A stretch of DNA of 64,000 nucleotides from Cyanobacteria bacterium P01_F01_bin.150 (lineage in GTDB: Bacteria > Cyanobacteriota > Cyanobacteriia > CAKZMO01): contig JBCCYL010000011.1 in NCBI GenBank assembly GCA_039189765.1, positions 4,874-68,873 of the forward strand. The letters are read 5' to 3'. The notes beneath the pieces are model-generated. The model was not told the DNA's origin. It saw only the letters and a program-made list of their open reading frames with translations, and did no database searches. Made by a program: the position numbers and the translations under genes. Positions 17,087-25,616 of the stretch are shown here, piece by piece. The first letter of the stretch is position 1. Every line of letters starts with the position of its first letter.

Positions 17087-18862
17087 CTAATCAATACTAA
17101 CGCCACCAAAGGTCGTGGGGCGCTTGTGTCCAGATAGGGGAGCGGTCTTAATTTTGCGGTCTTCCTGACGATGTGCTTCAAAATAACCCTGCCACATTTC
17201 GGGAGCATCCAGGGTTTCACCGCCATGGGTCGTCAATCGTTTTCTCACCTGACACAGCACCGGAGTATTAACACAGGCTCCAGCAATAATCACCTGGCCC
17301 TTGGTCAGCGCTGGTAGCTCCTTGAGTAAATCTCGTCCCGCAGCCTCGACTCCATACTTGAGGCTGTCCTGGTCGCTGGGATTAACGATCCGCATCAAAA
17401 ACTGACTCATGCACTGGGACAGCACATCGGAATCTAGCTTGCCTGGTCGCTGGGTAATTAGTCCCACCCCCAAGCCAAACTTACGGCCCTCGCTTAAAAT
17501 CGTCCGCAAAATCATCTTGCAGCGGGACGGTTCATGGGCCGGAGCAAAACGGTGTGCTTCCTCCAGCAAAATAAACACAGGATAGGGCAAATAGTTTTCA
17601 TCCCCCGGCTCAATCTTTTCTTTCTGGGTATCCATTCGAGCGCTGGATGCCTGGCGTAACACCGCCGCACAGATCACCTGCTGCTCCTCCTGGCTAATTT
17701 CATTCATTTGCAGCACTGTCACCTGCCCTGGCTCAAATAAATCCTTGGGGGACAAATGCTGCTGGGGGTCAAAATAGTCGGATCGTGCCAGCTTTTCCAG
17801 CTTCCACTCAATGGCAGGGGCCGAGGACCCCACCCGTTCAATCCCCTCTTCGTCCTGGCTGGTGTCGGCTTCGTATACCGCTGCAATTAAATCCTGTACC
17901 GCCCAGCGATAATCGCCCTTACGATGTTTTTTCAGCAGGGCAAAGGCTTTGTTGAGGATGGCCTGTTGGCGATCGCTCATGGTTGGCAGCAGCGTCAAAA
18001 TATCGTAGTAGTCCAGCGATGAAATCCGGATGCGCACATCGTCTGGTTTCAGCACATTCACCTTTGGCGAGTAGCCGTCTTCCCCCTCAAAGGCCGGATG
18101 TCCCCTCATATCCGCCAGGGTACCGTATTCACCGTGGGGGTCAAAAATTAGCACCGCCGCCCGATTTTGAGGACTCATAAATTCCTCCACCAGTACCCCA
18201 GCGGTGTAGGACTTTCCTGAGCCTGTGCCTGCCAGGATAGCCATATGGGTACTAGCTACTTCTTTTACATCCAGGGCAATCGGCACTGCCCCTGCATCCC
18301 GCAGCAACAAATGGCCAATACGAGCCGAACCGACGGTACCCGGTACCCGCTTATTTAGTACCTGCTCTAGCATGACATCGTCTGCTAAACAGACCTTGGT
18401 TCCTGGCTGGGGCGCTTGACGAGGGTTGACAAAACCAAGATTTTTATCAAAATAGCCCACCACATCCACGGTGACTTCGTAAATCGCTGGATTGGGGTCG
18501 GTAAACCCGACAATGGCTGCAATGGTCTCTGGGTTAATTTCCGTATCGGCGAAGATGCGATCGGGTAAGTGGTCAATCAGGCGACGATCGGATATTTTGC
18601 CCAGAATTTGCAAGTATTTTAGTGAAGGACTTTTGCCATTTTGAGAAGACTGATGGGGAGGCTGATTGGGATTCAACACTTCATAAAATACAAACTCCCC
18701 AATCCTCACATGGCGATTGTCGGAGGTAATAAATACATACTGATTCCCATTTTCCCCTGGACCTTTGACGGTGCCAATGGCATGGGTAGGAGTGGATGCG
18801 TTTTGTAAGGTGGGCATGGCAGCGCTAAGCCGTAACAAAGACCAAGATCGCGTAGCTGGCAT
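17087..18862 (-). CDS. HerA-like (DUF87) AAA/FtsK-type ATPase with N-terminal HAS-barrel-like domain
   Basis: Walker A ILAGTGSGKSYT, Walker B VFILLEEAHRFAP, and GRKFGLGVGLITQRP. An alternative start lies at MPTLQ, 15 codons into the ORF. Confidence 0.8.
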   Translation of the reverse strand: MPATRSWSLLRLSAAMPTLQNASTPTHAIGTVKGPGENGNQYVFITSDNRHVRIGEFVFYEVLNPNQPPHQSSQNGKSPSLKYLQILGKISDRRLIDHLPDRIFADTEINPETIAAIVGFTDPNPAIYEVTVDVVGYFDKNLGFVNPRQAPQPGTKVCLADDVMLEQVLNKRVPGTVGSARIGHLLLRDAGAVPIALDVKEVASTHMAILAGTGSGKSYTAGVLVEEFMSPQNRAAVLIFDPHGEYGTLADMRGHPAFEGEDGYSPKVNVLKPDDVRIRISSLDYYDILTLLPTMSDRQQAILNKAFALLKKHRKGDYRWAVQDLIAAVYEADTSQDEEGIERVGSSAPAIEWKLEKLARSDYFDPQQHLSPKDLFEPGQVTVLQMNEISQEEQQVICAAVLRQASSARMDTQKEKIEPGDENYLPYPVFILLEEAHRFAPAHEPSRCKMILRTILSEGRKFGLGVGLITQRPGKLDSDVLSQCMSQFLMRIVNPSDQDSLKYGVEAAGRDLLKELPALTKGQVIIAGACVNTPVLCQVRKRLTTHGGETLDAPEMWQGYFEAHRQEDRKIKTAPLSGHKRPTTFGGVSID

Positions 18863-19022
18863 TAGTTTAGTACAAAGCCTTTAGGATAATAGCGCCTCTG
18901 GTTCAAAACTGACGGAGAAACCGGATTTTTTACGGATTTTGACTTAAGCCTACCTGGCGACCCAGATCCCAAATGGTTCTCAAAGAACCCTCCTAAGAAA
19001 CACGACGTGTTTCTTGCATTTT

Positions 19023-19057
19023 GAACGTGTTGTGTCGGCTTCGCCGACACAACACGT
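19023..19057. other. 16-bp perfect hairpin at the 3' end of the 19057-20379 gene (possible terminator or boundary element)
   Basis: aacgtgttgtgtcggc-ttc-gccgacacaacacgtt. No U tract is present on either strand. Confidence 0.6.
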
Positions 19058-20379
19058 TAGAGGCTTAGATGAGCCAAAATTTTTGTGATTACAGGAAGCT
19101 TTGCCTTGCTGCCAAAATCGAAAGATTTTATTTTCTCTACAATCTCCGGGTTAGGTTGATAGGCATCAAGATTATCAGATATCCAACAGGTTCCCACGCT
19201 CCAACGAATTACATCTATTAATAGTTCATCGCTCAATCCCATATTTTTCCCTAGGTGATTGGCTTCTCCTAAGCTTAAATAATTGATGTACGCCAGAAAA
19301 TCTGTGAGGGACTTAGCAATATCCATCAACGTCCCATCTTCTAAAGCTTCTGGATAGTCGTACTCTAACTGATAGGGTAAAGGCTTAGTTCGACCGAAAT
19401 GGTCCGTTACTCTCTCCGTTGAATGAACATAACTGCGATCGAGGCCATAGGGAGAAGGAGCCGTAAAGTTAGGGAGTCTTAAATCAATATTATTATCTTC
19501 TTCGATTAATTTAGTGACCTTCACATGATTATCGTTGGGGGGATCATATTTTTGTCCAGCCTCTCGGTAACGTTCCTCAATAATTCTACCGATGGGTAAA
19601 GGAACCTCTAATTCATCGGCTAAGTTTACGGTTAAATCCGTGTCTTTGACCGTAATTTCTAAAGAGCAAGAGTAGTCATAACTGCCATCAAAAATAAAAG
19701 GGCTTACTTGCTCAGTTACGACACTATTTCCCTTAGATGCTCGGATATAATCCCACAGCCAAAGCAATGGAATCCCATTGGTCTTGGCAATCATATAGAC
19801 TTCTCCAAGAGCCACCATCTGAGTGTAGAACAGCAAATTAGTGAGCAGCTTTACGGTTTGCGCTTCGCCAATAGTATCGCTGACAAAAAAGGAAATTTTG
19901 CCCATAGAATTCAAGGCATCCTCACTCAGGTCATAGCCTTCTTTATCACCACTGACGTAGAAGCTAACGTTGCAAAAATCTACCCCCATGTGAGAAAGAT
20001 TGCTCACCGGAGACTCTAGGCTGAATACCCCTTGCTTAGCTGCTTCTTTCGCAATATGTTGAGTGTTATGGTAATCAGTTGTAGAAAAATCCAACCACGT
20101 TGCACCAGGCTTCATTCCTTCAAGGGCACCAGGCTTATCGTGGCCTAACATATTTTCTAAAACATGGTGAGGTAGGGGCAAATTGGTAATAACTAAGTCA
20201 GCATCTTTTGCAGCATCTTTGGGACTATCTTTCCAAATCGCCCCTGCTGCCACAACTGAATCAGCAGCGTCTCGATACTTGTCATAAACCTGAACTTGAT
20301 ATCCATCTTTAAGCAACTTAAAAATTTGCTGCTTCCCCATAGCACCTGTACCAATATATGCAATCTTTTGTTTGTTCAT
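19057..20379 (-). CDS. NAD(P)-dependent beta-hydroxyacid dehydrogenase-like oxidoreductase with ~150-aa C-terminal extension
   Basis: N-terminal Rossmann motif KIAYIGTGAMGKQQIFKLLKDGYQVQVYD (6PGDH/HIBADH NAD-binding type). The gene is AT-rich. Confidence 0.7.
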   Translation of the reverse strand: MNKQKIAYIGTGAMGKQQIFKLLKDGYQVQVYDKYRDAADSVVAAGAIWKDSPKDAAKDADLVITNLPLPHHVLENMLGHDKPGALEGMKPGATWLDFSTTDYHNTQHIAKEAAKQGVFSLESPVSNLSHMGVDFCNVSFYVSGDKEGYDLSEDALNSMGKISFFVSDTIGEAQTVKLLTNLLFYTQMVALGEVYMIAKTNGIPLLWLWDYIRASKGNSVVTEQVSPFIFDGSYDYSCSLEITVKDTDLTVNLADELEVPLPIGRIIEERYREAGQKYDPPNDNHVKVTKLIEEDNNIDLRLPNFTAPSPYGLDRSYVHSTERVTDHFGRTKPLPYQLEYDYPEALEDGTLMDIAKSLTDFLAYINYLSLGEANHLGKNMGLSDELLIDVIRWSVGTCWISDNLDAYQPNPEIVEKIKSFDFGSKAKLPVITKILAHLSL

Positions 20380-20483
20380 AACGTGTTATCAACCAAAATA
20401 TTTACACTACCTTCGCCTAATGGAGTAGGGGAAAAAATCCGTACTCTTCTTTCCTAAATTTCATAATTGACAATTGTTCATTG

Positions 20484-21359
20484 TCAGTTGAGGCTGTGAG
20501 CAATAACTTCCCCATCTTTTAGAGTTTTAAGCAATCGGCCACCAAGATCACTTTGAACATCATTACCCGTAGAATTTAATAGAAAATAAGTTCCTTCAAC
20601 AGATTTCTGAGAGTATCGAGAGTTACTTCCGATAAAGCGTATCACATATGCCATTCTTGATGGGAATAATCCTTTATTTAAAGGGCAGCTTCTATGCCAA
20701 ATAGTTTTGTCCAACAAAAGAACGTCGCCTAGAGCAAAATCATCTTCTATTTTATTTTCTTCTAGAACTAAATTTTCAAATTTAGAGGCATACTGAAAGT
20801 TAACATCTTGCAGAGAATCAGCCTGATAAGAATCAGGAAAATTCTTACTTGTTGCTAGTCGATAAGCAAGATTAAAATAATAACGGGCGGAATGAACTTG
20901 ACGAGATACATATGCCAGACCTCCGTGTTGTTTTTGGGTATCAATGGGAATAAGAGGTATCCAGAGAGTATACCCAAAATCATCAGGCCTAGTGTAGCAG
21001 AAAGAATAGATATCATGATGCCAGGGAAATCCTGATTGAGCCACTTCTACCTCGAATCCTATACCTTGCATAAAGGTTAGCTCTTGGCTTGTTAACTTGT
21101 TAAGAATATCTTTAAATATCTTGGACGAATATATATTTTGTACTATCGAGCCATCGATATCATAACCAATTTTTGACAATTCCCCAGAGTAGACGTCTGG
21201 AGGGATTGTCATTTGATTAGAATTACGAGTGAGATTGCGTAATTCATCAACAGCATCTAAAGTCAATAAATTTTTTATTTTAATAAAGCCATGATCGGCA
21301 AAAAACTGAGTCTCTTCTTCTGATATGGTGACTGCATTCACCGGTGATTTCATGTTCAT
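20484..21359 (-). CDS. Phytanoyl-CoA dioxygenase (PhyH) family Fe(II)/2-oxoglutarate oxygenase
   Basis: FFADHGFIKIKNLL, WHHD (HxD), LWIPLIPID...GGLAYVSRQVH and GDVLLLDKTIWHRS...R. The gene is AT-rich. Confidence 0.7.
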   Translation of the reverse strand: MNMKSPVNAVTISEEETQFFADHGFIKIKNLLTLDAVDELRNLTRNSNQMTIPPDVYSGELSKIGYDIDGSIVQNIYSSKIFKDILNKLTSQELTFMQGIGFEVEVAQSGFPWHHDIYSFCYTRPDDFGYTLWIPLIPIDTQKQHGGLAYVSRQVHSARYYFNLAYRLATSKNFPDSYQADSLQDVNFQYASKFENLVLEENKIEDDFALGDVLLLDKTIWHRSCPLNKGLFPSRMAYVIRFIGSNSRYSQKSVEGTYFLLNSTGNDVQSDLGGRLLKTLKDGEVIAHSLN

Positions 21360-21621
21360 CTTAAAATCATCTAAGAGTGTAGCTCTGATGATTTTTACAT
21401 TTTAATTGAAAAGGTAATTAATATTTAACCCTAATATTATATTTGCATATAAAAATCCTGGTTGAGTTCTGAATAAAAACATTGAATGTGAGAATTAAGG
21501 TTTAATCGAAGATGAACATATCGAGAGAATGAGGATGCGGAGGGTTTCAGGGTCTCTCTTGAAATTCAAAAAATATGAGATAGCTGTTCTCTATCACCAC
21601 GTTTAAAAATTAAATGAATTA

Positions 21622-22686
21622 CTATATCTTAATAACTACCTTTCCGCAGAAATCTTTGCTTTGGAAAAATTTCTGTGCCAATTTTATTTCCTCAAGTCCA
21701 AAGACTTTTGAAACAATGGGCTTTAACTTATTCTGATTAATATAGTTAATAAGACCTTGAAAGATGGTTGGCGTCATTTGTGTAGCACCCATCATCTCTA
21801 GATCTTTGTAAATAAGTTCTCGTAAATCAAGCTCCACTAGTGGCCCAGCAATGGCACCACAAGTTATGTAGCGTCCCCCTATTTGCAGCTGTTTCAAGAG
21901 CTGAGAAAAATATGTTCCGCCAACGGTATCCAAATATGCGGTGATTGAATGATTAGCTAAAGCCTGCATAAGATTTTGGTCGCGCCCATAGATAATATCA
22001 GCTCCTAACTGTCGTCCGTAATGTTCCTTATTACGGCTCATAACAGCAATAACTGTTGCGCCTCGCAGCTTGCTCAACTGAACAAGAGCACTACCAACTC
22101 CTCCAGACGCCCCCATAATTAGCACTGTGTCCGCAGCCGTAACACGCCCCTTAACCAGCATATTTTCAGCGGTGGAATAAGCACAGGGAAAACATGCAAG
22201 TTCAACATCAGACAGAGATGAGCTGACGGGATAGACATTCAATGCAGGGATTGCAGCATATTCTGCAAAACCACCGTCTAGTTCGCTGCCAACGTAGCGA
22301 TCGCTCTTTCCATCCTGACTCCGAATCCACGGATCCACAATGACCCTCTGACCAATGATGACAGGGTCAACGTCAGCCCCTACCTCAACGGCGTTGCCAA
22401 CAATATCTGCACCCTGTATCCGAGGAAATTGCACCGAAGTTCTTCCCCAAGCGGTTGAGGTCTCAACAGTCGTCAAAGCCTTATCCTGTAACACCGCCTC
22501 AAAGTCACTGTCTGCGGTATACCACCCCGTTCGAGTGTTTAAATCTGTATTATTTACAGAACAAGCACTTACTTTAATCAGAACCTCATTTTTTTGGGGT
22601 ACCGGTTTAGAAATTTGAGTGTAGGCCAGTTTATCTGGACCTCCATGCCCCGTGAGTAGAACGGCTTTCATTAGCTCAATCTCCAT
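21622..22686 (-). CDS. Medium-chain (zinc-type/quinone) dehydrogenase/reductase family oxidoreductase
   Basis: MKAVLLTGHGGPDKLAYTQISKPVPQKNEVLIKVSACSVNNTD and the nucleotide-binding LIMGASGGVGSALVQL. The gene is AT-rich. Confidence 0.8.
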   Translation of the reverse strand: MEIELMKAVLLTGHGGPDKLAYTQISKPVPQKNEVLIKVSACSVNNTDLNTRTGWYTADSDFEAVLQDKALTTVETSTAWGRTSVQFPRIQGADIVGNAVEVGADVDPVIIGQRVIVDPWIRSQDGKSDRYVGSELDGGFAEYAAIPALNVYPVSSSLSDVELACFPCAYSTAENMLVKGRVTAADTVLIMGASGGVGSALVQLSKLRGATVIAVMSRNKEHYGRQLGADIIYGRDQNLMQALANHSITAYLDTVGGTYFSQLLKQLQIGGRYITCGAIAGPLVELDLRELIYKDLEMMGATQMTPTIFQGLINYINQNKLKPIVSKVFGLEEIKLAQKFFQSKDFCGKVVIKI

Positions 22687-23090
22687 AGGTTTGCGCAGGT
22701 ATTTAGATTACAGTGGTTCTAACTGCATCTAATACAGCTTTTGTGGGAGGTTTGCACTCCCACAGAAACAAAATTTATTGATGTGGTTGCTTCTGATTGG
22801 AGGCGATCGCATCCCTCTTTAAAATCTGTACTGGAGTCGGCCCATTGGTCATAATACTGATTTACACTTCCAGGGTTTCCAGATGAAAGTTATGGGCCGC
22901 TTTAATCGCAATTGGGGGTGCTTGACTCCGGTTAAAAATCAGCCTATTGTCATTGGATATGGCTACGGGAACGTTATCTAGAGCGATCTAGCGGTGACCG
23001 TGGTCGTTGGTTCAGAACTCATTGCTTAGCACTATCGACAGGTGATCGTAACACCATGCCGATAGCTAACCTCCATCTGCGATACCCAGA

Positions 23091-23441
23091 TTGGCGGCTA
23101 GGGTTGATTATGCCTTAGCCACCCTGATCTTGGCTACCATTTTGGGGTGGCTAGGTTGTGGGTTCTGGTTTCCTCCGTACGCTGTCTATTTGGAGACCAG
23201 ACTCATGTTTCAAACCCCAGATCAGGGCGCAGGCGCGTCCACTCCTAGCGGTGCGCCTCCATCACCGTCCTATGAATCCGTTCGCCTGATGCTATTTGGT
23301 AGTACCCAAGCCGTGTTGCATACGATCAAGCTATTGCACAAGCTGAACTATGCAGAGCCAAACGATTGGAGTAAGTCCATTCCCACCGAGAGACCCCGTG
23401 AAGTGATGTCAGTGCTAACCAAAAAAGTGCGGCTACGCTAG
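23091..23441 (+). CDS. Hypothetical small protein (likely true start ATG 23205)
   Basis: The ORF starts with TTG, and an in-frame ATG lies at 23205. The C-terminal VRLMLFGSTQAVLHTIKLLHKLNYAEPNDWSKSIPT...EVMSVLTKKV resembles a small conserved cyanobacterial family, but this is from recollection only. Confidence 0.5.
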   Translation: MAARVDYALATLILATILGWLGCGFWFPPYAVYLETRLMFQTPDQGAGASTPSGAPPSPSYESVRLMLFGSTQAVLHTIKLLHKLNYAEPNDWSKSIPTERPREVMSVLTKKVRLR

Positions 23442-23461
23442 TACCGCGTCAGCTTTATTTT

Positions 23462-23500
23462 GAGGGGAAAATCCCTACGGGATTTTCCCCTCATTTAGTT
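23462..23500 (+). terminator. Intrinsic terminator-like hairpin
   Basis: 14-bp stem gaggggaaaatccc / gggattttcccctc with a 3-nt loop, followed by atttagtt. Confidence 0.6.
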
Positions 23501-23618
23501 CCTGACAGAGTACTAGCTTGCTGAGGGTGTCAGCAAGATGGGCACAGGATTGGGACCTTTGCCCATCCTCCCTTGTGAAATTACATGGGAGTTTTTAGGA
23601 TAGGGGCGATCGCCATCA

Positions 23619-24644
23619 ATGAACATTCCTTCTATGACTACCATTTCAAAAAAGGGTTTATTTGTAGGATTGACCACCCACGATTTGATTTATCAGGTTG
23701 AAGCCCCCCCAAAAGCAAATCAAAAATTAGTTGCGTCAGACTATATTATGGCCGCAGGCGGGCCAGCAACCAATGCTGCGATCGCGTTTCAACACCTCAG
23801 CCAAATCTCAACCAACCAACCAATCCCTTCTCCACCATACTCTACGGCTTTTGCAACGATTCTCTCGGTAATTGGCAATCATCCCATTGGTCATCTGGTG
23901 AAGGCAGATATAGAACAGGGGGGAGTGGCGATCGCCGATCTCAATCCCGCTCATTCTGCTCCCGTCCCTACGTCCTCCATTATGGTGACAGCCGCAACGG
24001 GGGAAAGGGCCGTTGTCTCCCTAAATGCAGTAAAAAGTGTAGCGTTGCCCCATCAAATACCAGAGTGGATCGACAGTCTGTGGGATCAAATTGGCGTAGT
24101 GCTGATTGACGGTCATCAGATGAAGGTGGGGGAGGCGATCGCCCATATTGCCCAACAAAAGGATATTCCTGTCGTTGTTGATGCAGGCAGTTGGAAACCA
24201 GGGTTTGAGAAAGTTCTCGTCCATGCTACCCACATCGTTTGCTCAGAAAACTTTTATCCTCCTAATTGCCAAAGTTGCAACGAAATTCATGATTTCCTTC
24301 AAAATCTAGGCGTTCCTCATATTGCCATTACCCACGGGTCAGATCCAATTCAATATTGGCATAAGCAGGTCAACCGCGTTTCCAATACACCCCAATTAAT
24401 TCCGGTGCCATCCATATCTCCGGTAGATACCTTGGGGGCAGGGGATATTTTTCACGGTGCGTTTTGCTATTACCTATTGGACGCAGCAGCGAAAGATTTT
24501 GATGGCCCAGCACATAGCAGGGAACGCAGTCACCTAAATATTCCAGCGGTTCTCAGCAAGGCAGCGCAAATTGCATCGGAATCCTGCGCTAGTTTTGGGC
24601 CAAGGGCTTGGATGAGGCAAGAAAATTTCTCCAAGGCTCGATAA
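23619..24644 (+). CDS. PfkB-family carbohydrate/nucleoside kinase
   Basis: The C-terminal DTLGAGDIFHGAF motif and an N-terminal GGPATNAA-type segment, both typical of ribokinase-like kinases. Confidence 0.8.
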   Translation: MNIPSMTTISKKGLFVGLTTHDLIYQVEAPPKANQKLVASDYIMAAGGPATNAAIAFQHLSQISTNQPIPSPPYSTAFATILSVIGNHPIGHLVKADIEQGGVAIADLNPAHSAPVPTSSIMVTAATGERAVVSLNAVKSVALPHQIPEWIDSLWDQIGVVLIDGHQMKVGEAIAHIAQQKDIPVVVDAGSWKPGFEKVLVHATHIVCSENFYPPNCQSCNEIHDFLQNLGVPHIAITHGSDPIQYWHKQVNRVSNTPQLIPVPSISPVDTLGAGDIFHGAFCYYLLDAAAKDFDGPAHSRERSHLNIPAVLSKAAQIASESCASFGPRAWMRQENFSKAR

Positions 24645-24710
24645 GCGATGGCGTAGGATATGGTAAGCGACAGCTAACGTGTCGGTATTTTATTTTCGAG
24701 CAGATCTCAA

Positions 24711-25316
24711 ATGCCGTCTGGCTACATTCACGATCGAATTACGCTATGGAGCCTGCCATTTGTTGTGGGGACCAGCATGATACGCACCCAAAGCGCAAGT
24801 ATGACGCTAGCGATCGCCTCTGGCTTTTTGCTGGGCGGTTTAATGCTTGGCCCAGATTTAGATACCCGCTCCATTCACTACAAACGCTGGGGCTGGTTTC
24901 GCTGGATTTGGTTGCCCTATCGCAGTCGGGTAAAGCATCGTTCTCCGTTATCCCACGGCCCGATATTGGGCACTACGGTGCGAGTCTTCTACTTACTTTT
25001 GTGGATGTTGGTCCTGGGTAGCATTACCATTGCTCTGCTCAATGACGTGCTTGGGTTGGGATGGACTTGGAAGGAAGTGAGCGATCGCATTAGCTGGCTC
25101 TTTACAACGTATTGGCCCTGGTGGATCGCGTTTGCTATCGGCTTAGAAATAGGAGCAATCAGCCATATTTTGGCAGACTGGAGCACTTCTGCCCGCAAGC
25201 GCTTTAAGAAACACTACCCAAGCCAAGGCTGGCGAGCATTGGGCTATATTTTCTACTCCTCCAAACCCAAAAAGCGGCGTTCAAGGCGCAAAGCTAGAGG
25301 TCGTCCTCAAAAGTAA
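24711..25316 (+). CDS. DUF2227-like membrane-associated putative metal-binding protein
   Basis: MPSGYIHDRITL..., HRSPLSHGPILGT, several TM helices and a basic C-terminal tail. Confidence 0.6.
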   Translation: MPSGYIHDRITLWSLPFVVGTSMIRTQSASMTLAIASGFLLGGLMLGPDLDTRSIHYKRWGWFRWIWLPYRSRVKHRSPLSHGPILGTTVRVFYLLLWMLVLGSITIALLNDVLGLGWTWKEVSDRISWLFTTYWPWWIAFAIGLEIGAISHILADWSTSARKRFKKHYPSQGWRALGYIFYSSKPKKRRSRRKARGRPQK

Positions 25317-25616
25317 AACGGCTTTAAACGCTAACTGAGAGGTGATTGAAGCTGATGCTTTTGTCAACATGATATGTGTTTCTGAGTTATTTCATTTCCA
25401 AAAACAATAACACCCACACATATTGCCAACGGCTAAGATTTGGGGGTGCGTCCTCCGTTTCGCGGGGACACACCTTACAAAAAGTCCAGCACTCAGCCGT
25501 GCAGAGTACATCAAGGAAGAACTTTCATCACAAGGGCTTAATTTGTTAAGATCTGTAAATAAATCTCATTTTTATCCTGACTCAAGGACTCTGTACGAAG
25601 GAAAGCAAAATTGAAC

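Noticed and set aside
17023-17226. 67-aa minus-strand ORF overlapping the 3' end of the HerA-like gene
   Set aside because: It is an overlapping alternative frame with Arg/Leu/Pro-rich composition typical of spurious ORFs.
18862-19050. 62-aa ORF upstream of the HerA-like gene, considered as a possible NurA-like or small partner
   Set aside because: It is far too small for NurA, and its sequence is spanned by the two hairpins. It is likely non-coding.
24608-25021. 137-aa ORF bridging the PfkB and DUF2227 genes
   Set aside because: It is an alternative frame overlapping both neighbours. The DUF2227 frame carries the conserved HRSPLSHGP segment.
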